From: Lama guanicoe
Taxonomy: Eukaryota
Reading direction: 5' to 3'
Assembly: GCA_013239625.1 (NCBI GenBank)
Contig: MU054122.1
Location: forward strand, 646,773-710,772
Length of the DNA: 64,000 bases
Part shown: positions 13,038-26,014 of the stretch, one piece after another
How the letters are laid out: the number at the start of each line of letters is the position of its first letter
How positions within the stretch are numbered: the stretch's first letter is position 1
Notes under the pieces: model-generated
Database searches by the model: none
Told to the model about the DNA's origin: nothing
What the model saw: only the letters and a program-made list of their open reading frames with translations
Translations under genes and position numbers: made by a program

Positions 13038-14594
13038 GTAAGTCGGCTCTGAGGTGGAAGCTTTCTGCCTTAGGGCCTGGGGCTTCTGCACACCGTCCCT
13101 TTTAGGTCAATGTTAACGGATTCCTTTTGCCACCTGGGGTGATAAGGAGGGCTTCCCTGCACCACCAGCTCTGCGGGAAACCTCTGCCTGGCACCCCCAC
13201 AACCTGTCTTCCCCTTACTTCTCCCATCTCCCGTCGCCCCTTCTCTGCTTTATTCTTAGAGCGATTTCCTCTGTGGTTTGCGAATTTTAGTTTTCCATTT
13301 CTGTCTAACCCCAGTGTTTTTGGCCAGAAGGAGGGCAGCACTGGTGTCTCTTTTCATTGCAGGTCTAGGGACGGGATTACCGGTTGTCCCGGGAAAGAGT
13401 CTGCGAGAGTGTCACAACTCATCTTTTTTTCTATGAATAAACCATTTTAGTCGCTCCTAGTTTTTCTTGCTAGAAAGCTCGTTCCTATCTAAGCTGTTCA
13501 AACTGATTTATGCCCGTTTTTCTGTTCCTTTTTTTTCTTTTTTCCTAGAGACTGGTGATTACTCAAGGGGAACAGACTCGGACCTTTTCAAATGCTCAAA
13601 GACATTGTTGTGTCTCTCTTTCAACCTGCTTGAACTTCAGAATGAGACTGCCTGTAGGAATTCTTATTCCCAGGTCTCTTTTGGGATGGGATAGACAGGA
13701 TTTCAAGTTTGAAATCTTGGGTTCCTGATCCCCCTTCATTTTTCTCGAATGCAAACCCCCTCTGCACCCAGCCTGTGCCCAGGGCGCTCCATGCACTGTT
13801 GTGGTGGTAGAGACAGGAGCGGGGGTGGGGGTAGCAAGGGAACACCCGACCCCCAGGAAGCCTCCCAGGGAGGGTGTCTGGTCACAGAAAACATTAAGTC
13901 ATCGCGAGCATTACGTAGCAGACAACACAAAAACACAAGCAAAGGCAGACTCCTTTGCACCCTGCCCCTGCCAGGAAGCTACTTAATTTCTTTGTGCTTT
14001 AGTTTTTCTGTCTATAAAATAAGGAGCATCATGTGACATCTCCCATCAGTTGTTGCAATGATTCAATGAGGGAGAATGTGTAAAATAGTTAGAACATGTT
14101 ATGACTCATAGAAGTTGCTTCCTAAGTGTTAACTATTAAAAAGAGTGACTCCCCCCCACCACCATGGTAGCAATCAATTGTCCAGTGTAAGTAGTATAAG
14201 TAAGCATTTAAAAGAGAGGTTTCCCAGGAAACAGCTCTGAGGAAGGAGTCCTGGAGCCTGAGGGGACTTGTCACCTTCGTCCTCACTGCAAAGCCCGGCT
14301 CTCAAGGAGTAAGGAGTTGCTGCTGACACGGGGCCCGAGAGGAGCGCAGGGCAGGGCTCTGCGTCATCCCCATCTTCGTCTTGAAAAACTGCCTTGGGTG
14401 AGAGGATTAGTATATTCTTCATGACCTCAAAGGTTAAAACTGAGACCAGTGAAAGTCTTCTAAGGATGGCACTACCTAGAAGCAAGTTCTAAAGTCGCTA
14501 AAGGTCTTCAAACTGATGCTGGGTGGCAGGGCAGGTCTCTGCCCACAAGACCTGGACTCTAACCCAGCCCAGTCAGCGAGGAACATAACTGGTG

Positions 14595-14870
14595 ACATTA
14601 CATGGTCACGTTTAAAAAGTAAAAAGAGACAGGTGACATTGATTTTATGAATATGCTTCATTTAACCCAGTATAACCAAAATCTTATTAGTCAACATTCA
14701 CCAATAGAAAGCTTTTTGCGATATGTTTACGTTCATCTTTTTGAAATTAAATTTTCAAAACCCGGTGTGTAGCATGTTATTTCCAGCACATCTCAGTTCA
14801 GACTGGCCTTGTTTTAAGTGTACAGGAGATTCTCAAGGCTGACGGCTGTCACAACAGGCAGCACGGACAC
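14595..14870. mobile_element. hAT-Charlie non-autonomous DNA transposon (MER3/MER33-like)
   Basis: aaaaagtaaaaagagacaggtga...catttaacccagtata...cagcacatctcagttcagactggc resembles the reverse complement of the element at 46880-47222. Confidence 0.65.
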
Positions 14871-17800
14871 AGTCCCCAATTTTCTTGAAACTAACTCTTA
14901 ACGCTTTGGGGCAAAAAGTGTTTCTCACTTTGCTGAGGAATTGTTCCCTCCTCGAGACTGCAGGATGCCTTGCTCTGATGAATATCTTCCTCTGCATGGG
15001 TACAAATACCAGAGAGGCAGGGAGGTGCTGAAGATCTGTTTATTTAAAGAATAAAAAGCAAACAAGAACATGGGTAAGGGATCCCTTTCCAGATTTTTAA
15101 AAAATTAACTTGAGAGCCTCTAATCCTCATTTTACCTTTTCTTGGCCCAAGCAACACATAAACAGAGGTGTCTGGATAAAAACAGAGCAACTACTTAGTG
15201 AGCAGTAGAATAAAGGATATACGATCTCTCTGCACCCTCTGCCTTGAATCACTACCGTTAATAAAACCCACAGAAAGATCTCCCTGCTTCCTATGGTTTC
15301 TTTCCCCCTCTTCCCTGGGAGCATCCTGCATCATCAGCACCATGAGCATCCCTGTTGTACTTGGAGGTGCCCAGGAGGGCACGCATAGCATAGGGCATCA
15401 TTCCCCCTTCTTATTCTCACCCTGCTGTCTTTTTAGCAGAAAAAAAATGTATTCAGCTCCAACATTTAGACCTCAGTGGGGTTATAATCACAGTTAGAGA
15501 TACAGTGAGAGCTGCTCGGACCTAGAGGTTTAGCTGGAAATGGGACGGTTTGCCTCACAGGCAATGGTGTGTTGGTAAACTCAGCAGTTGGTGCTCAGAA
15601 GAGAAAAAGCACTGATCTGGGGTGTGATGTCCATGGTGTAGGACGCCCACCATGGCTGATTTCAAAGTGCCAACGTGATGCCATTGGGGGCAGAGTGGAA
15701 GAGATGTCAGCAAGAGGCTCCCACTGGCTGGTGCATATAAAGAAAAAAAATAGAGTGAATCTGATTTTTAGCACAGTTCCCTGCGGCGTCCAACCTCCTC
15801 ATTTTATAGATAAGGAAACTGAGGTTCTGACAGGTTAAGTGATCTTTCCAGGGTCTCACTAGTTAATGGCACAGCCTGTTGGGTAGTCAGGACTCCTGCC
15901 TCCCAGTGGAGGATTATTTCTATTGTACAGAAGCAATGCATCTTTTCTCAATGGATGACTGATTTTAGTACCAATCTAGAATTTCTTCAAGAAACAGTTC
16001 CCCGCTGCCCATTTCCTTACTAGTTTTAATTTTCATAAAATTTTCCTTATATTATCTCTACTTTTCTTTATTTCTAGTCTCTCATTTCTTCCTTTATGTA
16101 TATGACTTATTTTGGATGCCAGATGGAAGTTGACGTTGTTGAACGAAAACAAGTTTTCGTCATCTTTTTTTCAATTGCTCTTATATTTGTCTATCTTTCT
16201 TGTTACTGTTCCAGACTACCTCTGATTTTTCTATAATTCAGAGATGGGGATCTGTGGAAGTAGGGTGTTGTAGATATAAGGTAAGAAAACAATTGCTTTG
16301 CTGTGTGGCACTTCAGCTGCACATTGGACCTAATTTTTAGGTAGAATGAGTCACCATTGGTTAAATGTGAGCTTTAAAGGATCCAATATGCCCAACCCCA
16401 GTTAAAGACAAAGACTCATATCTTCAAAGGGAGCTGGAGATCACAGGGGTTACAGTGGTCCTGTAGCCTGGCCTCTGAGACTGAATCTGGAGCAGCTCAG
16501 GGAGAGCTAGGAGGTCACAGGAACCCCAAGAGGGGTTGGACAAAAGAAACACAGCTTCTGAAGTGGTGTGTATCTGCATGGCAGAGAGGGAGGGAGACTG
16601 ATGTCCACATGAGAACAGCAGTATCACCTTGCCTCTTGGTGACCCTCAAGCACTGTTGAATGGAAACATCATATGGTTACATGGGTCCATAGAGGGAACT
16701 AGTGGACACTAGGTGAAGTAGAAGTGAAAGCAGAAGAGATAAGAAGGCTTGTGCCCTTTCAAAAAAAATTGAAACCGACGTGGAAGAAAGCATTCTTAAA
16801 CATATTCTTCTAATTAAAAGCCAAGTTAAGGTCACAGAGCCCTTTCAGATCCTTAATCACATTAATTACTTGCTTTCACATCCTTAACCAGATCCTTACA
16901 ACAACCCCCTGGAGTGGGATGTGTAGGTGTTACTGTCCTTCTTTCACTACACGAGGAAATTGAGGCTCAGGTGTCAGCTAGCCAGGAAGGACCAGAGCTA
17001 ATTCTTGACTATAGTCTTCTGGCTCTGAGGCTGAGAAGTAGACATAACTTACCATCTGGAGTGTGCTGATCAGGAAAGACATCAAACAACAGCCCGTCAA
17101 AGAAGGACTTGGTCGCTCCCTCTGCGTCGGTTGCTTAGACTTAGATTTTTCACTTGGAGGTGGGAAGGGAGGACGTTAACCTTGGAGTGTTTGCGATCTG
17201 CCAGATGACATGCTGGGTACCTTCCTTAGATTATCTCATTTAGAAAGTTCACAGCAACTGTCAGAGAGCATTATCAGCCTCGTTTGACAGATGAGGATAG
17301 CGAGGCTAGAATGGTGGATTTGACTAGGGCAGCAGCACAGCAAGTAAATGGTAGAACCAGCCTTTGTTTGCAAGTTTGCTGACTCCAAAGAACACATCTC
17401 TCACCACCACATCCCCTGTCTTCTGAGGTTGGGAACTTTGGAGTCTCCATTGTCTCTGTCCTTCTGTCCGTCACTTTGGGCTGCTGCAACAGTTCTCTGT
17501 TTTTTTTCTAGTTTCATCCTGTTCTGAACCATTTCACTTTGCCTTCACAACAGAGTTTCCCGAGTTACTGATAAGAATACACTAACATGGGCCAAGCAAT
17601 TTCTATGTGTCAGGAGCTGTTCTAAGTGCTTTACTTAGGTGATCTCAGTTAATTCTCACAACAACCAGCAGGGACTGTGATTTCCCCCTCATTTGCCAGA
17701 TGAGGGAAAGGCAGCACAGAGTAGTTTAGAAACTTGACCAAGGTCACACAGCTCTGATTGTATCATGATCCAGTTGACACGACACACAAAGATTAATGAG

Positions 17801-18419
17801 TTAGTGTGGTTATGAGTGGAAGAGCAAAAAGCAGTGTAGCGTCGACTTCTTACATTTGTTTGTTTGTCTTGACCCTGGGGGAGAGGCTGGCCTTCTGAGG
17901 TTGAAGACAGAGGAGAGAAAGGGAAGAATGCTGATTAGAGCAGCGGGAGGGGGTGGAATCCAGGACACAGGGAAAGGGGGCAGCAGACTGAGGGAGATCT
18001 ACCCAGATGGGAGTGAATGAACCCGGGAAGGGTTCAGATATTCCTGTCTTTAGGGAGGGAGGCAGGAAGTTGGCAGAGTTCCTTCTCCCGGCCTCTCCTT
18101 CCTCCTTGAGGTCAGTCCTTGGAGTCACACTTGGGCCTCCCCAAAGAGCCAAATGCAGTGGCTTAAATTAGTAGGTCCTGTGGATATTTGATGAATGAAT
18201 AAAGGATTGAAGTGGAAAATAAAATCTTTTTCCATTTTTCCTGTGTCGTTTGCTCAGTATTGCTAAACCTAATAGCGTGAGCCTTAGGCGCCTCCCTGCC
18301 TGAGTACTTGGCGCATTTTTTTGGCATTTACTAGGTGCATAATAAGTCTTTTTTTCCCCACTTAGTTTCAGTTGTTTGGAGACACATATAGGTTTTACAT
18401 TCATTTACTGAGGCTAATG

Positions 18420-18915
18420 GACAGATTCTCAGTTTGGGTGGCCCTGGGGGCTATCCTCTGACATTGACTTGAATGAAGTAGTTTATTTGGGAGCCAGTCC
18501 CGGGAAAGACTAACTGAGGTGTGGGGAGGTGAGACCAGAAAGGAGGATACAGGATGTGTTAAGGAGCCAGTGACCATGGTGGGCAGCTGCAGCTCGGCCT
18601 GGCTGGCTGCTCTGGGCGACGACAGAGAGCAAGTGACTCAGAGTCATCCCCCACAGTGCAAGAGTTTGGGGTTTTCTGTTCATCCATGCCCATTGGTCAT
18701 CGGAGATGGGCTACTCCTCGGGGGCCTTAGTTCTCTACCCCTTCTGGTCTTCACAGGGTGGGAAGGGGTCTCTGATGGCCAGAAACGCTCCCCGACCCCG
18801 ACCCCCGGCCTGGAGATCCAGAGATGTGATGCTGCTGTTGGGAAGTGGGGCTGGCACTCACTGAGATGGCAAAGGGCAGGAAAAACTAAGTGAGGTTCTG
18901 GCAGTATCTGCTACA
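18420..18915. mobile_element. Old MaLR LTR (MLT1-like)
   Basis: gtagtttatttgggag...gagccagtgaccatggtgggcagctgcagctc...gcagtatctgctaca, motifs typical of old MLT1 LTRs. Confidence 0.55.
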
Positions 18916-19207
18916 AAATACCCATTTATTTGCCTCTTATCCAGCTTCTCTGCCTTCCAGAAGTCATTAGCTTTTATGCTTTTATGTCAATATTTTATTT
19001 ATTGATGGTGGAGTCTAAAGATGTATAAGGAAATATAGCATGTAATCGTTCCATTTCTCAAGTGTTGCCTTTAATAACCTAATTTTCTTTGCCAATAAAT
19101 TTGGAAACTTAATTACTGGCTCAATGTTAAAATATCAAAACTGCTAAAATGTGCTTAAAAGAAAATTCATACCCATGTTATTGGATATCTAGGCTTCAGC
19201 CATTTTT

Positions 19208-19651
19208 TTTTAAATTTTAACATTTTTTATTGATTGATAATCATTTTACAATGTTGTGTCAAATTCCAGTGTAGAGCACAATTTTTCAGTTATACATGAA
19301 CATATATATATTCATTGTCACGTTTTTTTCTCTGTGAGCTACCATAAGATCTTGTGTGTATTTCCCTGTGCTATACAGTATAATCTTGTTTATCTATTCT
19401 ACAATTTTGAAATCCCAGTCTATCTCTTCCCACCCTCCGTCCCCTTGGCAACCACAAGTTTGCATTCTATGTCTGTGAGTCTATTTCTGTTTTGTATTTA
19501 TGGTTTGTTTGTTTGTTTTGTTTTTTAGATTCCACATATGAGCGATCTCATATGGTATTTTTCTTTCTCCTTCTGGCTTACTTCACTTAGAATGACATTC
19601 TTCAGGAGCATCCATGTTGCTGCAAATGGCATTATGTTGTTGGTTTTTATG
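19208..19651 (-). mobile_element. Young 5'-truncated L1 3' UTR with perfect TSD
   Basis: TAGGCTTCAGCCATTTTT is duplicated at 19190-19207 and 19652-19669. L1 3' UTR motif gattccacatatgagcgatctcatatggtatt. Confidence 0.9.
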
Positions 19652-21337
19652 TAGGCTTCAGCCATTTTTAACCTGAGATATTGGGTTGAAACTTCTTGCT
19701 TCTTTCCTAAATGTATTTTGATCTTTGATACTTCTGCCCATGAATTGTGGGCTCCGTGTGGCAGAGAACTTCTCTCTGGTTTGTTCTTGCGTTGTCACTA
19801 ATATGGTGCCTGGCACATATTTGTTGAAAAATATATGTGAGATTAGTAAAATTGAATTAAGTTGCAAGGAGGGTCTTTTCAGTTCTGTAAATACATTTCT
19901 GATGTGTAAGTACCAACTGTCCTCATTTGTTCAGTTCTGCAATATTGCTATTACAAAAACATAATTAGTATAGATGACCCAAAATAACAAGTTTATCCAT
20001 ATAAAACACTGATGTGGTTAATAGCGACCAAAAATGCCACAAGCTGCCTTTTTTGGGGGTCAAGGTCTTGAATCACTCTCCGAGGAAGAAGTATGACATT
20101 TTTAAATCAGAGGCATCGCACAGAGACAGTGATAAAAGCAAAAACTACATGTTGACTAGTTGAGAAGAATAAGGTATGAATGTAGGACCATAAAGCGATG
20201 ATTTTACATTTCCTTGTATTGTCTGGCAAAGGCAATGTCAAACTTGCACTGTTTCCTAATGTCAAAGATAAATAAAGGAAACAAGAATAGATAAGTTTGT
20301 ATTGAAACAGAAGCCTTTCATATCCAAATACTCTTTGCATAAGTATAAACATTTATAAATTGTTCTTCGGTAAAAATAAACTTTCAAGGGAAGAAGTCAT
20401 ATTAAATAGACCCATCATCATTAATCAGTTATTAACTAAAACAATGTACCTGGGGTCACAGTCCGGAGATACTTTAGATTTAGTAAGTGTTCTTTTATTC
20501 ATTCAGCCAATGTTTGTTGAGAGACTAAAAGAGAGAATACAGTACAGGACCAGGAAGACAAAACTTTCTATTCAGGGAACTTACATCCCAGCAAGGACAC
20601 AGAGAAAACATAAGTAAACACATTTTTGAAAATATATATTTGAAGATGGTTGAGACTATTACCTAGAAAATAAAAGATTAAAGTTAGAACAGTCAGTTCA
20701 TAAAGGAGTTGACTCTTGTGTTGGGACCTCAGGGAACATTCCAAGAAGAGGGAACTTGAAATGTGAAGTCACTAAAGTGAAAATGAGCTAAAAGTTTTTG
20801 AGGAAGAGAAAGGCTTTGTGGCTGTAAGGTGGTGGGTGAGAGGGAGGGTGGGATGAGGTGAGGGCGGAGAGCAGCCAGGCCGGCTCGTGCCCTGTCCCGT
20901 GACACAGAGACTGGAGGTTCTTTTCCTGCGTGCAGTGGTACTCCTGAAGGGTTTAAACTTGGGAAGAGACGTAGTAAAAAACAAGATCTCCTCCAGCCTA
21001 GAAAACCTCTCCACAAAAGTAGAAGAAAAAGAAAATTATTTTATTATTGGAAAAGTATTCAAGTAGAGTGTGACATATACAGGCAATCTGCTATAGAGGT
21101 TACGAAAACCGAGAGACCGCTCATGTAGCTGAGTGGAAGCATCCCATTACATTAGGGAGGGTTTGTAAGTTAGAGTCAGGTGATAAGTTAAGGCCATCTC
21201 ATCCAGGAAACTGGGAGATCAGGTGTTATCTTCTTTGATGATTCCATTTCAAAAAGAGGAAGGTCAGAGTGAGACCATGGGGGGTGGTCTGAGGCGGTGG
21301 CAGTGGAGATGGAGAGAAAAGAATGGATTAAGGTTCA

Positions 21338-21490
21338 TGTATTAGTCAGGGTTCTCCAGTGAAACAGAACTGATAAGGGGTGTGTGTGTGTGTGTGTGTG
21401 TCTACCTCTATCTCTATTTACCTATCTACCTATCACTATCTATGTGTATCTTCTTTCTATCTATCTACCTATCTATCTATCAATCTATTA

Positions 21491-21523
<33 letters not shown>

Positions 21524-21922
21524 CCTATCTATCTTTTGAGAGATATTTATTTTAAGGAATTGGTTTATGTAATTGTGGAGATTGGCCAGCCCAAAATCTG
21601 CACGGGTAGGCTGGCAGGTTGGAAACTCAGAAAAGAGTTGATATTGCAGTTCAAGTCTAACAGCAGTCCAGAGATAGAATTCCCTCGTCTTCAGCGGCTC
21701 TCAGCCTGTTTTCTCTGCAAGCCTTCAACTGATTCAACGAGGCCCACCCACAGTGTGGAGGGTAATCTGTTCACTCAAAGTCTACTGATTTAAATTTTAA
21801 TCTTATCTAAAAAATCAAAACAAAGCAAAACAAAAAAACCTTCACAGCAACATCCAAACTGGTGTTTGACCAAATATATGGGATTTGTGACCTAGGCAAA
21901 TTGACACATAGAAAGGACCATT
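21338..21922 (-). mobile_element. ERVL solo LTR (MLT2-like) with internal (TG)n and (TCTA)n microsatellite
   Basis: Begins tgtattagtcagggttctcc and ends cctaggcaaattgacacatagaaaggaccatta. Tandem repeats at 21380-21531. Confidence 0.8.
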
Positions 21923-22554
21923 ATTTTGGGGTATATTTTGGGGTAGGGCCAGCAGATTCTGCTTATATCCTAGAAGGTGAAGGAAAGCTGGGAATCTAAA
22001 TGACTCCTAGGTTTTTGGCTTATGAATCTGGGTGGATGATGGTGCCATTAATGAAAAAGAGAATATTGGATGTTTGCTTATTAAATACCTTCATTTTTAG
22101 AGTAAAATTAAGATGGAACTACAGGTGAAAATTAAGTACATGAAATAAAAGTCAAGTAAGTACAAAAACCTCTGAAAGAAGGACACTACTCATGCACAAA
22201 GACTTATAAGCACCTTACCTTAAATGGCTGGTTACCAATTGCTTGGTTGACTGAATTTGGACAGTTAATAAGGGTTGACCGCTCCACAGTACAATCAAAT
22301 GGCTGAAGTAGGAGGTGGAGGATAGATTTATTATTGAGATGGTACGAGCAAAACTCTGTAAAATGTGGAAGGTGAGTGTAGATAGGCAAGTAACCTGTAG
22401 AATAGCCAACACAAATTAATGTAAAGGACAATGGAACTGGGTCTACAGATATATATGGCAAAAATTTCAGAGTTTAATACCTTTGTAGATTAGAGGATTT
22501 ACATTTGTGTATGTTACATTGTCAGAATAACTGTGTTTTTTTTTATGGATATGA

Positions 22555-23078
22555 TTTTTTTTTAGATAATTTTATTTATTTTTATTGAAGTACAGTCAGT
22601 TACAGTGTGTCAATTTCTGGTGTACAGAGCAATGTCCCAGTCATGCATATGTATGTATGTATACACACACACACACATATATATACATATATATTCATTC
22701 ATAATAGTCTCAAATGTATATTCATTTTCATATTGTTTCTCATTAAAGGTTATTACAAGACATTGAATATAGTTCCCTGTGCTATCCAGAAGAAATTTTT
22801 TAAAATCTGTTTTTTTTATATATAGTGATTAACCTTTGTAAATCTCAAACTCCCAGATTTATCCCTTCCCACCCCATTTCCCGAGGTAACCATAAAATTG
22901 TTTAATTTGCGAGTCTGTCTTTGTTTTGTAGATGAGTTCATTAGTGTCCTCTTTTTTCTTTTCTTTTTTTCTTTAGATTCCACATATAAGTGATAACATA
23001 TCAGTTTCTCTTTCTGGCTTACTTCTCTTAGAATAATGATCTCCAGGTCCATCAATTGTTGGTGCAAATGGCATTTTA
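22555..23078 (-). mobile_element. 5'-truncated L1 3' UTR
   Basis: T-rich tail, attgaagtacagtcagttac...tttctggtgtacag...tagattccacatataagtga...ctccaggtccatc. Confidence 0.85.
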
Positions 23079-24904
23079 TTTTCCCATTTCCTGGGTTTTA
23101 CTGTGAACAAAACAAAATATTATTAAAATTTTAATTGTATTACCAATGCAAAAAGTGACTTATTTTGTCACACAAAGATCAAGCTCAGGGAGGAATTCAG
23201 CTAGCTAGGAGGAGACTGGATTGACACTGCAAGTCCTGTTGACAAACGTCAACTCTAAAGATGCCAGAAGCAGATGTTCAGAGTTCAAACTCAATCAAGA
23301 CTTGATTCCAAGAAATCAAACCAGCAGAAATGAGGAACCCAGCCAAGAAGCACAGGCAGAGGTTCAAAGTAGCACTGAATAAGGAACCCAGGCAAAATAG
23401 AGGCAGGTCTCTAACAAGTGCGGGGCAAGAATAGATACAGCAGGAGAACATAATCTTTTGAGGCAAAGATCCATTATGATCTTAAGTTGATAGTCCAAGA
23501 ACTCATCTCAGAGTGTAAGTGGTGCTAACCTCACAGGGGCGTCAAGGACAGTACGTGGAATTTGGCTTGTGAAGGTGCTTTGTAAACAGCAAAGGACTGT
23601 ATTAGTGGCACTGTGATTACTTTGATTATTGCACTAGGATGACCCGGTTAAAAATAAGGAGCTCATTTAGCCGGACCCTCAAACATCTGCAAATACTATG
23701 CTGGCTCATTTTGAAAGAGCCACTTAAGTAGAAGGAATTTAGTCAAACATCACAAAAAGTGTTTAATTTGTACTTGTGCCACAAAAAGAAAGTTGAGTCA
23801 GTTCCTTTCATTTGTCTCTTAAAAAATAGACAGAAAGGAAAAAAAATACTTTACATGATCAAATATGAATTTAATTTTGATTTAAGGGAAAAAAAATATG
23901 CTTACCAGATCCTTTTAGTCTTTATTTTATTTATTTATTTTGGCAAGAGGAAGTTGAGTTTTGCCAGCTAGCATCTATATACTACAAGCATAAACCATTT
24001 ATACATATTTATTTAAATCACCAGACCCAAATCACAAGTATAAAAAACACTGTTACTTGTAAAGTACTCTCATAAATATTACTTTAAATGATATATAAAA
24101 AATCTTACATTTATTTAACTTTTGCTGCAAACTTCACAAATTATTATACTTTTAAATGTATTTTTGTATCTTTTTGCTATACAAAAGTTAGATTGAATAT
24201 CCTAACGAAATAGCATACTAGATTAAGTTACCTATTGTTGGATGGGAAACAAAACCAAATTCTAGTTGCCCCGAACCAGGCTACCCAGAAGGCATTTAGT
24301 TCCAAATTTGTTGGACATTAAATGAAGATAAAGTTTCATAAAACAAAGTTGTGTTTTTAAGTACAAAAAACCTTCCTAACGTTATTAGGATAATTGTGTA
24401 TAAGTTTCAACTGTCTCAAAGAAGGTAGGGGTAGTCGGACTTCAGTATTCTATTCCAGAATATACAAGTATTTAATTTTATAAGCTTATTGTATTCGTAC
24501 CCAAATTTGCTTTGCTCAGATGGGTATTATTTCTTCTTCTGTTATCTATCTTTTATGTTGACTCTACTACAATTCGTGTGCATTTAAGGCATCTGAGTCT
24601 TTTTATAAGGCTCCTCTTGTATGAATTAGGACATCTTGAGACTTTCCATCCGATTGCCATCAGCTGGCAGCCACATGCTCCCCAAGAGAGGCCCCTCAAC
24701 CCAGTCTCTCTCTCCAGCCCCAGGGACCCCTCCCCCGCCAGAAGGAGCTGGGTTGGCTTGGGCAGAGTCACCTTCACCTTTTTTCCCTGAGATCATTGGT
24801 CTTTAGGGAAATGGAGACATTGGGAACTCTTGACCTAAAACACTGTCTTTGTCACATGCATGCATTTAAGCATCCTTTCTTTCTTTCTTCTTCTTTTTTA
24901 ACAG

Positions 24905-25306
24905 ACACAAGGCAATTTTTAATATATAATGAAGATCACAAGCGCTGCGTGGAAGCAGTAAGTCCCAGCTCAGTCCAAACTGCAGTTTGCAACCAGGACA
25001 ACGAAGCCCAGAGGTTCCGATGGGTGTCTGCATCCCAGATTATGAGTGTTGCATTTAAATTATGCTTAGGGGTGCCATCAAAAACTGATTGGGTTCCCAT
25101 CACTCTGTACGCCTGTGACTCGAAGAGTGAATTTCAGAAATGGGAGTGCAAAAATGACACGCTTTTGGGGATCGAGGGAGAAGATTTATTTTTTAACTAT
25201 GGCAACAGACAAGAGAAGAATATTATGCTTTACAAGGGATCAGGTTTATGGAGCAGATGGAAGGTTTATGGAACCACAGATGACTTATGCTCTAGAGGGT
25301 ATGAAG
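24905..25306 (+). CDS. MRC1: MRC1 exon 2, cysteine-rich (ricin B-type) domain, 402 nt
   Basis: Polypyrimidine tract plus acAG acceptor. Encodes [20 protein letters not shown]...[40 protein letters not shown]. Donor G|gtaaga. Confidence 0.97.
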
Positions 25307-25979
25307 GTAAGAAGTGTGAGTTTTTTTTTTTTTTACCTTCCTATCAAATTTTTCTCATCCTCTTAGTTGAAAACTAATTTAAGAAACTAAGTTTATTCTT
25401 ATTTATTCAGTACTAGAAATATTAGCTGATTACTTTTGTGTTTGGAACTATTCTGTATTTTGTGAGAACATGACAGTGAATCAATGTGATAAAAAAAAAA
25501 AAGTCCTGAATGATAACTTTAGCTTTTAGTAATTAATAGGAAGACATTTCTTTTAACTTTTGTTAAGTTTTTCTTTTTTAACAATGGGTGACAATTTTTA
25601 GAAAGTAATTTTCACTGCTGTCTTTGACCTGAGGTCTTCCATTTACCATTATGTAATTGTAGTGATTAATGAATTTACCAAATGCTTCTTTTCCTTTGGT
25701 TTAAGTTATTCCTGAAGAAATGGTCCACAGAACAGTCTTTACCAATTCAGATTGCATAAAACAAAGTGTTGACAATTTGGGTTTCTAAGTGTGTCTAATT
25801 TATTTGTTACCTTATGGATATTTAAAAACTGTAATAATCAGGAAACTAGAAAAGCTGAGAAATTAGTTTGGGAATTAACATTCAGCATGTTTACTCCACT
25901 GTTTTAGAAAGTGGTAGCAACCAGTGGGGCAGGAAATAATTTGATATGTCATTGGTTCCTTCAGCTCTTGAAGGTTAAA

Positions 25980-26014
25980 TACACTTGATCTTAGTCAAAA
26001 GGCCGAGAAGCGAT
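25980..26014 (-). pseudogene. 3'-truncated (tailless) U2 snRNA retropseudogene, U2 nt 1-35
   Basis: Reverse complement ATCGCTTCTCGGCCTTTTGACTAAGATCAAGTGTA equals the U2 5' end with one mismatch. Flanked by perfect 16-bp direct repeats TCTTGAAGGTTAAATA (25966-25981, 26016-26031). Confidence 0.93.

Noticed and set aside
12800..13105. 101-aa ORF as an N-terminally extended MRC1
   Set aside because: It starts at TTG upstream of the TATA-like box and runs into intron 1. The real start is the Kozak ATG at 12977.
13100..18900. Many 60-125 aa ORFs in MRC1 intron 1
   Set aside because: Mostly non-ATG starts, overlapping on both strands, with no recognisable domains. Expected by chance.
20975..21260. 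Segment interrupting an L2-like region that may be an ERV/LTR fragment
   Set aside because: I could not assign a family or boundaries by eye.
21380..21793. 137-aa ORF (CVCVCV...YLSIYLSIYL)
   Set aside because: Translation of a microsatellite inside an LTR.
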